Shown here one piece after another: positions 37,922 to 51,156 of a stretch of 64,000 bases of DNA (position 1 is its first letter; each line of letters starts with the position of its first letter). The stretch comes from Amoebophrya sp. A120 (lineage: Eukaryota; Protista; Dinoflagellata). The position numbers and the translations under genes are program-made. The notes below the pieces were generated by a model. It saw only the letters and a list, made by a program, of their open reading frames with translations. It made no database searches and was not told where the DNA came from. The DNA lies in contig CAJINV010000003.1 in assembly GCA_905178155.1 (NCBI GenBank), positions 6,420,648 to 6,484,647 of the forward strand. The letters are read 5' to 3'.

Positions 37922-39291
37922 TGTCCTTGTCGAATTATTCTTGGCCTTAATTTTTTTTTCCGACCCTGTCAGCATGATTTTCAGTCCCGGGATTTGCATT
38001 ATCACTCGGAAGGGACAAGTTCATTGTTGGCCGCTTCTACTATAGCATTAAGCGTGGACAAGCTTTAGCTCTTCATGGAAGCTGCTTCCGCACTGCTGAA
38101 GTTCCGCAGCTGAGGAGCCGAGCCGATCAAGTATTAGCTCACGAGAAGCCCCAGCTGCACTCTGAAAGTTCAGGAACGTCACTCGCCTGACCCTGACCCG
38201 GATCTTCTCTGATTTTGTTCGGTCCGTGTTTGTGAGCTTGCGCAGCGTCTTTTGACTTTTGCAATTTTCTGCGTTTCGATAGGCGACGCTCGTGGCGTCG
38301 GTCGACATGATGAGAATCGATTGCGTTCCGTACTCGAAAAAGACGTGTGTTTGTCCTTTGTTGTTGTGCTCCTTTTGACTCGCGACACGCAGGCGCACTG
38401 TATCAATACTCAGAGGCGCCGTCGTTGATTACTTCTCATCTTCTTCGACTATCGGATCAAAGCTTTTTGTTTTCGGGAATGAGAGTGTTGAATAGTTATC
38501 TCCAGGGCTGAATAATTTTTGCAGCGTTGATGATCGGTTACAAAATAAAGCGAAGACAGATCATCTGTACCACTCCGAGGAAGAGTAAGAGATTTTGATT
38601 ATTTAACTTGTGAGAATAAGAGCCTCGTCAGGTCCGTGTTGTAGCGGTGTGCAAGTGTGTGAACAAGAAGTGCAATTCAGCGATGATACTAGTGCACTTT
38701 GTCATGTTTACGCCTCCTGAGTAATGTTAGATATTTATCTTATACGGCAGATCGCCGTTAACTTTAAGTTTAACGGCGTGACTTCTCGTCATATAAGCGT
38801 ATCGCATGATCTTTACGACATGGCATGCTATCCCCTGCTTTTGGCGTCAGGATGGTGCAAGCGCACCAACTCGGCATATCGCCCTGCGCGTGCCCGATGT
38901 GCCCGGGGCCTGTTTCGAGATAAAGAGTCGCAGTGGATGAAAAACTTAGAATTATGCTCGGGGAATAAATCGAAATCGACGGCCGAGAGCACGTTACTTA
39001 GGACAGTAAGTCACAGAAGGTCCGTCCGATAACAAAGATGCTACTACTTGGATATGATAATCTGAATTTGCTCCGAGAATGAAGAACACCACCTGTATGA
39101 TTGTCACTTGAGCAAGCGTCCGGATCATATCGTGAGAACCTTATGGTAAAAATTATCCCGATGCTCGTCAACTGGCACAACCACCACCGTAATCATACTC
39201 AACGATCAAATCCCTTTGTCGCTAAACCGTTCTAGGTGGTGGTAGGTAGTATCGTCTAAGTGTGTCGTGTGTCGAAAAAAGTGAAAGAGAA

Positions 39292-42200
39292 ATGGCTGAA
39301 CCACGAGATGTCGGCGGCGATGACGCCGACTCGGCCGAGGGCGAAGTGTTGATACACTGGTGCGAACAGCTGCCCGAAGGCTAAAAAGGTGCACGCAGTG
39401 AGACTCTGTGCCAAGGAACTGTTCGCAGAGCGCGGGTTTGCACGCAAACTAACATCGAAGCACGACACGACATCTTGTGTTCATCATCACGACAAGAGCA
39501 GTAGAAGAGAAGAGCGCAAGCTTCTTCTTCTATTTTAGTAACAGCAGATCTGATACTATCCACACAACACCTACACCACGCGGACCTTCTCTTGCTGTTG
39601 ACCACCGGAGTTGTAGTGATACACCGCGGAGAAGATAGAAAACTGTGCACTATTTCCCTCGTCCGTCGTGGTCGCTACGAAAGTTCTGTGGTTTTGCGCG
39701 TGTGGCTGCTTCGTTGTCGATCTTTTTCCAATCGACAGTCGATGCCACGTTCCTGGGCGGGGAAATGCACCGACGGCACGCCGACGGTGCGAGCATCGAG
39801 TCCTGGGCCAGTCTGTATCTTGTGGTAGAAGACAAAAATAACAAAGAAGAAAAAGAACAAGACAAGAAAGGGGTAGCAGAACAGGAGGTGGAAGCTCATT
39901 GCAGTAGGCGCACGAAAGACAGAAAGCAAGCAACGCAGCAGCCACCTCTTCTCTCGGTCGGCGACCTGCTGGAGGGGGTACGAGCGAAGTGCCAGGACCT
40001 CTGTGCCGAGCCGGTTGCTGTTGCGTTGTGGAACGAAAAGGAAGTCGAGGAAGTAGCGGCGGCAACTTCCCTTTTGCACGCGGTGCTTGCTATCCCACAG
40101 AAAAAGACAGGCAGGGCACATTTTTGATGCGAAAATCAATCCTTCTTTCTTACACCGAAAAATCTGTCATGGGCGACCTCTTTGCATGCCGTGTAGGACA
40201 TGAAGCACAGACTTTTTTGCTTATTTATTTTTGCGTTTGCTTTGGGTTTCATTGTTCATTTATTTTCGCGTTACAAATATGCCCTGCCTGTCTTTTTCTG
40301 TGGGATGCTAGCAGATCATCGTCTTCGTTGTTCCGTGGCTTCGACCGGCACAGAATCCTTGTCACGCGAAGCAGAGAGGCCGCGGGGGCTTCATGGTTCT
40401 TTTCTCGACGACACTGTTCATCTCGTCAGAACGGTTATTTGTTTGAAGACCACACAAGAATTGCAGGAAAAGGTGGCCGGCGACGGGGTGAACGCGGCTG
40501 CAACGCGCGGTCTTTCGGGAGAAGCGCGACAAAATCTGTATTCGACGTCGACCACAGAGCAGCAGTTCGTAGATCCTAGCGTCGGCTTCTCGGTTCTAAT
40601 TCAGCGACCGGGTCGAAGACAGAAGCGAATGGCCGTGAAGGTTGTTCGCGAGAACGAGCTCGCTGCGTCTCCGGGATCTGTTGCCGAGCCGGGCGCGGCC
40701 TCTTCACGCATGGAAGACAACCTTCAGCATCCTCCTGCTGCACCCCCAGTGTCGTTATGGAAGAAAAAAAACTTGTTGTGTGCGACGGCGAATTTGTATT
40801 CTTTTTGCGAAGCATGAGCACGCAGGCGCAGCTTCGCGAGGGTGCATGTGTGTTTGTTCGCATGGATATCTATGGACGTGGAGTCTCGGTCCGTGCATAT
40901 TCAACCATATTAATCGCAATTTTTGTTTTTCTTTTTTATGATGCCGTGCGCTAGCGCAGAGTGCTGCCCTTGCGTGTGTTACTTACCAGTCGAATCCAAA
41001 GAGTGCCACAGCGGTGTACTAGTTTTTTTGTGCTGTGATAATTTTGGTTCGATCACTACAGCCACCACGGGGGCCCAACCACTGGGACCACCTCGAGTGG
41101 CGCCGGCGCCCCGCCAATTCATCTCCAGCACGACCCGCGCCAGCATCAGGCTGAGGCATCGTTGTCCCGCGGAGTTCCTCCCATCGGCGGGAGCGACAAC
41201 CCGCATCACCCGCCACAGGTAGGGACGAACGGCGGTGGTATGCGCTTCAACGAGTGGGGCTTGTACGAGCGCGTGGAATTGCAACAGCTTGGCAACACGG
41301 TCGCGGAGCCGCACGGGCATTATGGACGAACACGGATAGAGGACACCGCCTATATAGACCAGCGGGGTGGGCAAGGACATCACCACCAACACCACCCACC
41401 CGCGCCGGATCACTGGCTGCCTGCTCATGACCATAACCACCAGGGCGTGGAACTTGTTTCGTCCAGCGGGTTACATACAGTATTCTGTTTCGATGTTGAT
41501 GTTTTCGATTGGAGTCGTGTTTGGTTCCGTGGCTGCCCCCGTCTTTGTTCGCGGGTTCTCAATGCTGCAGTTCTTTCGCACAGAACTTCAGTTTTCGCTT
41601 CTGGTCATGGAAAAAATTCAGGCGCGTCTGTAGTGTATACTTATAAATATCGCACCGCTGCAGAAGTAGAAGTACGGTGAATTATGTGAATAAACTTTTT
41701 AAACAGCCACCCCCGCCTCCTCCGGAGGAGGAAGAGACACCACCGCCACCCCCACTGTGGGAGGAATACACACCCGAGAGCAAGTTCTTCGAGGACAACA
41801 AAATGCTCGGCGGAGTAGAACAACCGAGCGACCACGGTCGTGCGCTTGTGGAATCGCACGGCCACACGCAGCACCACCCAAGCGGCATGATCCCACAGCA
41901 CTTGCAGTACGGGAAGGGTAGTGCCGTCCCTTCCTCGGCGCCGAGCGGGGGGAGGAGCCATGCTGGCCTGCCGCCACACCAATTGCGGGGCCCCGAGCAC
42001 GGCGCTCCTCGACAACCACACCAAGTGGCGGCCGTAGATCACGCAGACGCGTCCGCTCGGCAGGAGCTTTTGCACCACCTTTCGGGTGAGCACTACTTTA
42101 ATCACACAACGAATCACTGGGAACAGATGGACACGTATTACCAGAATCAGTCCAACGTGCCAGGGGGCGCGACTGCGTCTAGCTTTCAGGCAACCCAGAA

Positions 42201-45200
42201 CTCGCAGAGCTTACCCGGTGGCGGAAGTGGGCCCCCGAATTTTCAGCCAATGGCTGCGCCCGCCTCCGAACTGTCTGTCGATGGGCGCGGCCAACATCTT
42301 GGCGGAATCCCGCAGCACCAAACGCACCAGCAGGCACCATTTCAAATGCGAAACAATTCCTATACGACTGCACCAACTAGCGGTGCCGGCGCAACCCATG
42401 GCGGCCCGGGTGGGCCCACTGCACCGCCACAACACATGCAACACCACTCTCAAAAGCAGATAGAGCACCACACGCAGCACCAGCGTCGGCATGGGACAGC
42501 TGCCTTTCCGGACCAGGGACATCACCCCTCGACCTCCTCTTCCTCGAGAGCAAGAAACCCACACCAGCATTCCGTGCATGAGCATCCGTCATCGCAGGCG
42601 CACCTGGGAACCACAGGTCCCCCACCCGGGGGAATGGGAACATCAGCACCGTCGAAGTCCTCGCATAGCAGTTTTCTAAATCCGACTACCTTTAGCAACC
42701 ACTCGAACCACAGCGGCGCGCATTCGCAACATCCGCATTCATCCAGTATGATAAGTACTGCTGCACCAGCCACGACTACAGCCGCGTTGAGCGTGCCAAC
42801 GGGGACGTCGAACGCCAGCGGTAGCAAAGGGCCAACAATACCTCTGGGCCAAGCCCTGATAAGGCCTTCGAACGTCCCGCCGCCACCTAAGTTTGCGCCG
42901 CCCGACCCTCCTACAAACTTTCCAATCCCACCCCGGATGAAACCTGTGATCGGACTGAGGACTGACCCGTCCTCTTCTACCGCGGAGCAGGAACACGGTA
43001 CTAGTGCTACGACGTCAAGAGGGATGATGCACAGCGGTGCAAACAGTAATGCTGCCACCAGCATTGTGACCGCACAACATCACCCACCTAAGCTGCAACA
43101 GCCGGTCTTTGTTCCGGCCTCTTCCCTCCTGCCCGCGCACCTGCAACCACCTTCCGCGTCGCAGCAGCAACCGCGCGCCGATCCTTTGTCGACCAAAACG
43201 GTAGGAGCAACTACGCTGTTGAACAGCGAGGCGGTCGGGCCAACCTCGAGGGGTCCGACCCCGGAACCGGCGGGGAGTAAGCGATTTCAGATTCGGGATC
43301 CGCACACGGGTGCGGCGCTTGACATTCAGCGAACGTCGACCCCGACCGGATACCCGAACAAACTAGGCGAGAGCGGAACTGCAGGCCAGCCGCAACTGCC
43401 GCCACACCAGGGTCTGTATGGTCTTGGCACTGGCGGGACTACAACTACTGCCACGTCTTCCGCCACGGGTGCACCGGAGCAGCACGGCCCTCCCCCGGCT
43501 GCTGCAGCGGAGTCAGTTAGCGTAGTTGCTTCCAACTCTGCATCAAATCTGGGCCCCTTGAACAAGCAAATGCTGAATCACGCCGCCAAGGAGTTCACTC
43601 CCGGGTCCGTATTCACGCCCAACACGAGCGCGCTGTATTCCAGCTGGGACAGCGACCACACCGCCACTACCACGACGCATCTCCTGAAGAACGAGAAGTC
43701 GGTGCACGCGATTCGCGAGTTTACTCCGGGCGTGCCGTACGCACCCGCCCATCACGGCGGATCCGCCGACGGCTCAGCGCCGGCGGGGAATCACTTGTAC
43801 CCGCAGCAGCACGCCGGGGGTGGAAATAATAAAGTTGACCACAGTAGTTGGCAGCAGCATTTCCGATTGTACAATTCCGTCGCGCCCGATAGCTTTACCA
43901 CGCACCCTACCATGTTCGCGCGGCACGACGAATTCAAGTTGTGGCAGGGTCTGGCCGTACAGAACTCAAAGGGGAAACCCAAGAGCCATTTCGAGCTACG
44001 GCTGTTCGTCGAGAACGTCATACAGTGTGAGCGGCTCTGCGATGCCCACACGGGTGCGGTGCTTTCCTTTTTGCACGCAGCGCCGGTGTCGACCGCGCTG
44101 CATGAGATCGAGAACCGATTCGCGGTCGAATGGGGCGTGCTGGATCCGCTGCAAAACCCCAAGCCCCATGCTGAACACCCAGTTCTCGACGGGGCGGACA
44201 TCGAAAACTCCTTCGGGGGTAGCGTACATCCGAGCGACGGCGCCGAATCGGGGGAAGTTGCAACTGCGTCCGCGACAGCACCCGGAGCCGGGTTGTCAGC
44301 CCGGTCGACGGGTGGACTCCTTGGGGAGCAACGAACACACGACATCGAAGCCTCACTGCTCTCAAGCGAAAGCGAGGACATCTCACGAAACGTTCCCGCA
44401 TCCGCAGCATTTCGCCTCTCGAAGTTACTGAGGATACGCTCTCCCACACAAGGCATCGACCTCTTTGTGCCCACGTCGGTATTTTTGATCTTTCCTCGTC
44501 CACATGTGTTGGTTTTTAAAAGCTATGATTTGCGCAGAAACAGAATTCCTATATCGGAGATCCGAGGTTTAGACAACTCGCAGGCTGTGCCACAAGCTGA
44601 TGCTGAGTAGTATCTATGCTTTTTGAAGAAATAGAAAAACTACTTCAGTGCAACGTACCCGAGATCCTAGATTTCGCCGTCTTCCCGTGTCGCTTGTTCG
44701 TCAACAGACCTGTAGTGGCTAAGTTCGCGATCCCGACACTGCCCGGCTCTACTACACCGCGCAACAAAACCCGACTCAAATTCGCGAGCAAATTTCAAAT
44801 CGTTTGGGAGAAGCGATTCCCTGGAGAGATCGCGTGGCGACTGATGGACGCCCAGCAGCTGAATGTGTGCCATCCGCAGCCGCACGAAGCGGGTGCGCAG
44901 TTGCGGTGCCGCGTTTTGTTCGACGACTTGCTGGATAATATGAACAATACTCTACTAGACACGCCAGCAGCAGGATCGTCATCAGCAGCTGGCGACGCTG
45001 CGGGGGCTCTTGTTGATGAGCAGCACCTGAGCAATCTGAAGTCCGTTCCGATTGTTGAATCGGCAGAGCAGCTGCAGCACAGCGGAGGAGGTAGAACTCG
45101 AGAAATAAGTGGTACATCAACTATGACAGGCACCACAGCAGGGATGATCATACAACAGCACCCCGAGCAACAGTCCTCTCCTGCGGTTCTTCACCTGCCC

Positions 45201-48200
45201 GACGCAGCTGGTTCTTCGATAATGAGAATCAACGTGAGTGGAGGTGCAACATCTTCACTTGAGCCTGCTCCGTCGCAGCAGGTGCAGCTGCGGCACTCGG
45301 GGGAGGAGCTGGACCGCGGCAATTTTCTGGCGCAGATCACACTGGACGCAGTGATTGAGGAATCGGCGGAACCCTTCTGGAACCGCGACTGGATCGACGT
45401 GGACCAGCTGCAGCTGCAATGCAGGAAGCTTGCGACCACGACGGCGTCCAAGCAGAGCCTGTACTTCAGCCCACACTCGGAGGGCGAGGCCAGCGACCAC
45501 GTGTTCCTCCCGACAGAGGAAGGAACAAACTCCAATGAAGATGAAGACGACGCGCAGGAGGACGAGGCGAGGTTGCCAACCAGCGCCGGACGAGTACTAG
45601 GGGAAGAACCACTTGGAGGGAACAAGCACGACAGGACGAGCAGTGGTAGCGCAGCCCTCGTCGCGCCGCTCACGGTGGCGGTCCATAACGATCCTTTCCG
45701 GGACAGAAGCGGTAGAAGCAGCCACCTGTTGAGCACACCAACAACAAACGAGCAGCCGCAGGTGATCACTCCGGAGACGCTGGTTGACCTGTCTGCCGTC
45801 AATGCGCCGCGCATTGAACAACCTCCAGGATCATCCGCTTGCGACCCGGCCGACAAAGCCGGGGCGGTAGACGCCAACGGTAGGCTTGTGAATCACCTGC
45901 CCGCCCAGCAGCAGAGGTCCCCGCTACTGAATGCCGCGTCTCTAACCGGGGCCCTGGAGGATGCAGACTGCGTGAACCTGGTGGACCCGCCGCAGCTGCT
46001 GCCAGGGGAGGAGGAAGTGAAGTCGTCAGCCTCGTCGGAGAGTACCGGTTCGTCCAACCTCACTACCGCGATGCCGCTGGAGCGCCGCGGCCCGGCCGGG
46101 GCCGCGCTGCACCCCTTTAGCCCGGCGTCTCGCCGACTGAGCGCGTCGGAGAACAATGTGCAATCGTGGAGCAGCAGCGGCTCGGCGCTGGCGGAAAACA
46201 GTGCTGGAAATCTGCTCGGTGCAGCGCATGGTGCTAGTACCACTCAGATCATGTTGACGCCTCGGTTAGCGGACCCCGCCCTTGCGGAGCCACAGACGAG
46301 TCAAGACCTTCGGAAGACGCATAGCCGGCACCACCGAATCTTTCCCACGATTTCGACGGACAACCCGCTGTTTCTCCGCAGCGCGTTGTATGGCTTATAT
46401 CCGCCCGAATCTCCACCGCACCATCTGCGGGTGATGAGCTTTAACGTGCTCTGTCCCGAGTACGCCCTCAGCAACTTAGCAAGGGAGCGACTGTATATTG
46501 CATCTTGATAGAGTCAATTTGTCTCTCATCCTGATGGAGTCCTGGGATTCATCCTCTTTTGAGCCCTTTACTCAGTAACATCATCAACGTCACAGTCTTG
46601 TTTTTGGCGCTTTTTATCTGCTCTCGTCTGCGGTGTCCTAGGCAGTATCAGTAATCAAGAAGTGAAATTAGAATTATGCATTGGATTTTTACCCATCGAT
46701 CTACCCGAATTAATAACAAAAAAACAGCTATGCCTCTTGTCCAGTGGAGTACCTGGAAACTGCCTATCGGTTACCGCACTGCCTGCTTGAGCTTCAGCAA
46801 GTAAATGCGGATTGCGTTTGTCTGCAAGAGGTGAGCGCGCACTGGTATGAGCAGGGAATAAAACCGCTGCTGGAAGCGGACTACATATGTTTTCACAAGT
46901 GCAAGGCTCACATCGAAAACCGGGCGTTTTTCGTCACAGAGGGTTGTGCCATTTTCTTTCGCCGGACGAGGTTTAAGGTGCTGCAAGCCAATCAGGTACA
47001 AAGTCACATTTTCTGTATGAGACTGCAATCGTTTTTGTCTTATACTTATGTCGTTTGTAGTGGTTGTGGTTGTACAAGCCGTTTTGTTTACTAGAACAAC
47101 TCGCAAAGCTGAAGCCGCGAGTGTCTCATTGCCGCGTCTCAATTGTCAACACGGACTCTCGGCCAGCACGATTAGTTGTATCTATTTGGGAGAATAAAAC
47201 GTACATCAGGTGTCATTGTCGCAGATATCCGTCAGAACAATTCCGAGCTCGCACACAGTCGGCATGTCCCCTAGGCTCTCTCTCAGTGAAAAGAAACGAA
47301 CAACTTGCTCGTACGCTATGGCAAGTAGGCTAGGCACGCAGGTGCGAAAGATATCAAAAAGAAAATACGCGAGCGAGAGACACTTTCTCGGCATTTAATA
47401 TGGTAAAACACGGAACCGCTTTCAGGGCGGTCGTGTGCTCGTTCGTCATTTCGCTTGCAGTTACTGAGAATCAATGGTAGGGCAGGGGAGCGCAAGTTTA
47501 TTATGACTTGCTGGTGAGGAGAGGAGTTTTTTGTTCTGATAGCGGAGTTTGTACCAGCACGCAGATCTTGTGCGAAAGGTTGAAGAGTTGGATCAAGTGC
47601 GGTTGCCGGGAATGAAGCGGGTATCGGAAGTACTGCAGCGGGTCAACAGCGTCGCGCAAATCGTGCTGGTAAGAAGTAGAATCTTTTTGTTCAAAAATAG
47701 TATTTGAAAAAAATGCACTTGTACAGGTTTTGAAAATCATCTTGTTTTCCCATGGTTTTTCACTTAGGTTGTAGAAAGAAGCCAACATCACAACAAGTTC
47801 AAGTTGTTTTTCACCCGCTTTTGCAGCGCATCGCCATCGGCAACGATGCCCGAGTCTCGCAGCGTCACCGTGCTGATGCACGAGCTAGCAAGCTGAGGCG
47901 AAAATAAAGTATGTTTGTATAAAACTGTGAATCAGGTCGAGGACTTTGTGTCCAAGGAGCGGCTGGTAGTGGCGAACACGCACCTATTCTCACCGCCAGC
48001 AATGAAAAACATTCGCATGCTGCAGACGCTCACCGTTTTGAAGGAGGTCGAGGCCTTGATCGCAAAGAGTCAGGCGACCAGCCGGGTGACTCCCAGAACA
48101 CTGGTAACTACAATACATGGTGGGCTTCATCGCCCTGCTTGGACATTTATTACGATGTGATTGTGATCACGGTAGAAAGCGATAGAAAGGTCCACTATGT

Positions 48201-49356
48201 CGCACTCGAAAATCCTTCCTCTTCGGCCTGTCGTTCTTGCAAACTGTAGTTTTAGCAGCGGAACAAGCGTGTCTAGTGCACAATTTTGTTTGACGAGGAC
48301 GTGTTATATGTTCTGAAAAAAAGATTTGTGGCGATCTGAATGCTGATCCGTGGAGCGGTGTGTGGGAGCTGCTTCGCAAGAACTCCGTCCCACCAGAGCA
48401 CGAAGATTGGTGGCCCTTCGACCCTCCTACGAAGGCGCCGTTCGTTATGGAAGCGTCAGGTTTGAAATCGTCAAAGTTGAAATAGTTTGTCATGCATAAA
48501 ATGCAAGGCATGAAGTGCCTGTCTTGCCGGGATGGAAAGTGAAACAGATTGTGAGCCTATTTAGGGTTTGGGATAGAGCTGCTAAAGGAGCATGACAAAA
48601 GCAGTCTTCTGTGCCCAAACAGAATGAAAAATTGGATTCCGGTGCTCCGAAGATTTGTCATGCGCCGCCTGGAAATTGGGCTTCCAACTGGTATCCGTTT
48701 TATGCATGGCAAATTATTTCAACTTTGTCGATTTCAAACCTGACACTCCCATATTCGTCGCTGCAGCAGGTGCGGTTTCCGTGTCCAGACAGGAAGCAGC
48801 AGCGCAGACGAAGACGAAAGGCAGTGCGGGTGCGACCGGGAACGCTAAGCTGGCACCATCCGTTCCAGACACGGGCGCAGCAGACAAGGATAGCACTAGT
48901 ACGGCAAAAAATACAACTTTATTAGCAGCGAATGCGCAGCAGCAGCTGAGCGGCGCAGCATCAGCATGCAACAGCAACGGCGGCGAGACAGATGCAAACA
49001 ATACGACCACGACTGCGAGCACTTCCGGTAGCAAGCCGCCGCCTGGTATTGCGCTGCAGCATGGATTAGATCTTCGGGACGCTTACGAGCCACTTTATGC
49101 CTCGCACCAGTGGGCGACCTTCGGTTGCAACGACGCGGGGAGCAGTCGCATCATTGATTACATTTTTGCGTCCTCCACCTTGCAGCCGAGGCGTGTCAAG
49201 CAAACGTCACTGAAAAAAGACCTGCAAGGTCCGACCGGGCGGTACCCCAGCGATCATATCGCAATCGCGGTCGATTTCGACTACTTGCCCGCGAACGTCG
49301 CTCCTCCGCCTGCTAGGACATCAACACAAGCAGCAACGACTGGGGTCGTGTCGTGA
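39292..49356 (+). CDS. PDE12: Large PDE12/CCR4/Angel-family EEP phosphodiesterase (deadenylase-like) with a long low-complexity region and PAM2 motifs; exons approx 39292..39379, 39739..40088, 40311..40753, 41062..41446, 41707..44478, 44649..46492, 46728..46995, 47210..47225, 47547..47668, 47936..48103, 48324..48443, 48757..49356
   Basis: EEP motifs LRVMSFNVL, NADCVCLQEV, EGCAIFF, LVVANTHL, ICGDLNA, IIDYIF and YPSDHIAI. 'RERLYASCPVEYLETAYR' resembles PDE12. The 5' exons are less certain than the catalytic exons. Confidence 0.75.
40091..40307. mobile_element. Introner F (non-canonical intron)
   Basis: 27-bp perfect IR ATCCCACAGAAAAAGACAGGCAGGGCA / TGCCCTGCCTGTCTTTTTCTGTGGGAT; TSD CTTGC/CTAGC. 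Removing 222 nt fuses ORFs 39645 and 40200 in frame (VLA-DHR). Confidence 0.85.
47226..47541. mobile_element. Introner G
   Basis: TSD GCAGA/GCGGA, TAT...ATA ends, IR TCAGAACAA/TTGTTCTGA. Removing 321 nt is in frame; the GT-AG alternative 47231..47542 is also in frame. Confidence 0.65.
48446..48753. mobile_element. Introner H (MITE-like, ~55-bp TIR)
   Basis: TSD TTCGT at 48441-45 and 48754-58; IR 48455..48500 vs 48699..48744 is 43/46 identical and extends to TATGG/CCATA. Confidence 0.85.
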
Positions 49357-51156
49357 TCACGCTGTTGTGATAGATTGCACAACCCGGGGGCAATTCGTCA
49401 TCGTATTGTCAACTTTGATATTAAAGATTATCAGTGAAGAAGATTCACCACCAGTTTTTGAATTTGTATTCAGCAATGGTAAAAAAGGTCCTATTCTTTT
49501 TGTTTTTCTCACACACACACACACAAGGAATTCGTTGTGGTCACCGCGATGTCGAGAGTCACAGCGAAAGTGCTCCGGTTCAGGGCAGAGTCACATCTTG
49601 TACTATCAGGTAAGACAGATTTCGATTTCATTCAGATTACAAGACAGCAACAGTATGGCCACGAGGCAAAGTGGTATTTTGGCTTACAGATATATCTATT
49701 GTAGTGTATGCGTATAATTATATATAAACGTCAGCAGGTGGCGAAAAAAAGCGCCACTGTCTCGGTGAATACGAGGCCGAAACAGATAAATGGATATACG
49801 TAACTAACATTCTTTTTTTGGCGGAAGATTACTTTCTATGTTCCCGAAGCCTGTGCTCGCAAAGAAAACGATGTAGCGACACACTTTATGTTTTGTATTG
49901 ATTCGACTATCTTATCACATACTATACTCATTATGATTATCGAAGCAGACGCCAAAGAGCAACGACGACTTACTTGTCAGCGGTAAAAATAGTTCACAGA
50001 TTATCACAGTATAAAAGCGAAAGCTTGAAAGCCACGTAAAAATTAGTTGATACACATCAGAAGTTCTAGTCACTTCGACTTGAGCAGGTTGTCTTTATTG
50101 TCCTAAATTGTCAACACATCGTTCAAATATAATCGTAGACTCGGAGATTAGGGGGGTGTAAGCCGTTTGGTCTCGAAAAAAAAAAAGATAACCAACTTCA
50201 TCACCGACCAACGGCTTATCCTGGCCTAATTCGATCTTCACGTATTGATTAGCAGAGCCCATCACGAATGAATGGGTGTCGGTCGTTGATGTCTCTTTGA
50301 GGTGGAGCATCTTCACACCGAAATTGACTTGTTGTCTTTTAGCTACAATTTACACAAATTACACCTCGTTCGCACGACGGACGGACTCGTGCGAATAAGG
50401 TAAAGGCAAATGCTCTAGCAGGTTAGCACCAGATTGTCCTAGCGAATCAGATCTTATGGCAGCGCCAGCACGGCGTAATATGATCAAAAGCCATTACAAG
50501 AGTACCAGAAGCACAACGACACAACCTCGTCGGGTCCGTATTCGCTTCAAATTATCATGTCAGCACATTACTCAAGCAGCAGCGTGAACCACAACTTTTG
50601 ACTCACTGATATAGCGAATGAGCAGTTCTTCACTGTTCCTTTCTCTGTACCTATTTGGTGCCTTAGATCTAGACGAAGGAGCGCTTGGAAACCACAGGAA
50701 CAGCAATCTGACGACAGGACAACCTGACGTGAGCCGGCTCTTCCGCAATGGCAGCGTTGAACTTGTTCGCCTGTCTAGTTCCCGTCTTTTTTTTTCTCGT
50801 CGTTGAAGCTGGTATTTGGGAGCGGGAGCGATGGCGCAGATGGAAAGTGGTTCCGGCTTTTACTGCTCAAGCGTACTAACCATAAAATCATGCGCTTGCC
50901 CGGGCCTCCGTGCTGCATAATTTGCTTCAAAATGTCTATGTCAAGTTTGATTGGAGGAGGCGGCTGTCTGAGGCGTGCCAGCTGGGGTAATGAGCTTCGA
51001 CTGTAGTGACTTGTCGCCGCATGATGGCGTTTTGATCGCTTGTTGTAAGTGGGTTTTTCCCCTTAAAGTAGGACGAACAGTAGATACTTACCTGTTCCAT
51101 CGAAAACGGCGTCAGCGTGGACTCAAATCATACGACCATTGAAGAACATTTGCAAG

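Noticed and set aside
38048-38398. Minus-strand 116-aa ORF (also 50095..50316 and 57166..57582)
   Set aside because: No recognisable motifs or supported exon structure.
50365-50418. Hairpin TTCGCACGA/TCGTGCGAA followed by CTAG as a Helitron 3' end
   Set aside because: Spacing is atypical, the CTAG is not followed by T, and no matching 5' end or Rep/helicase is present.
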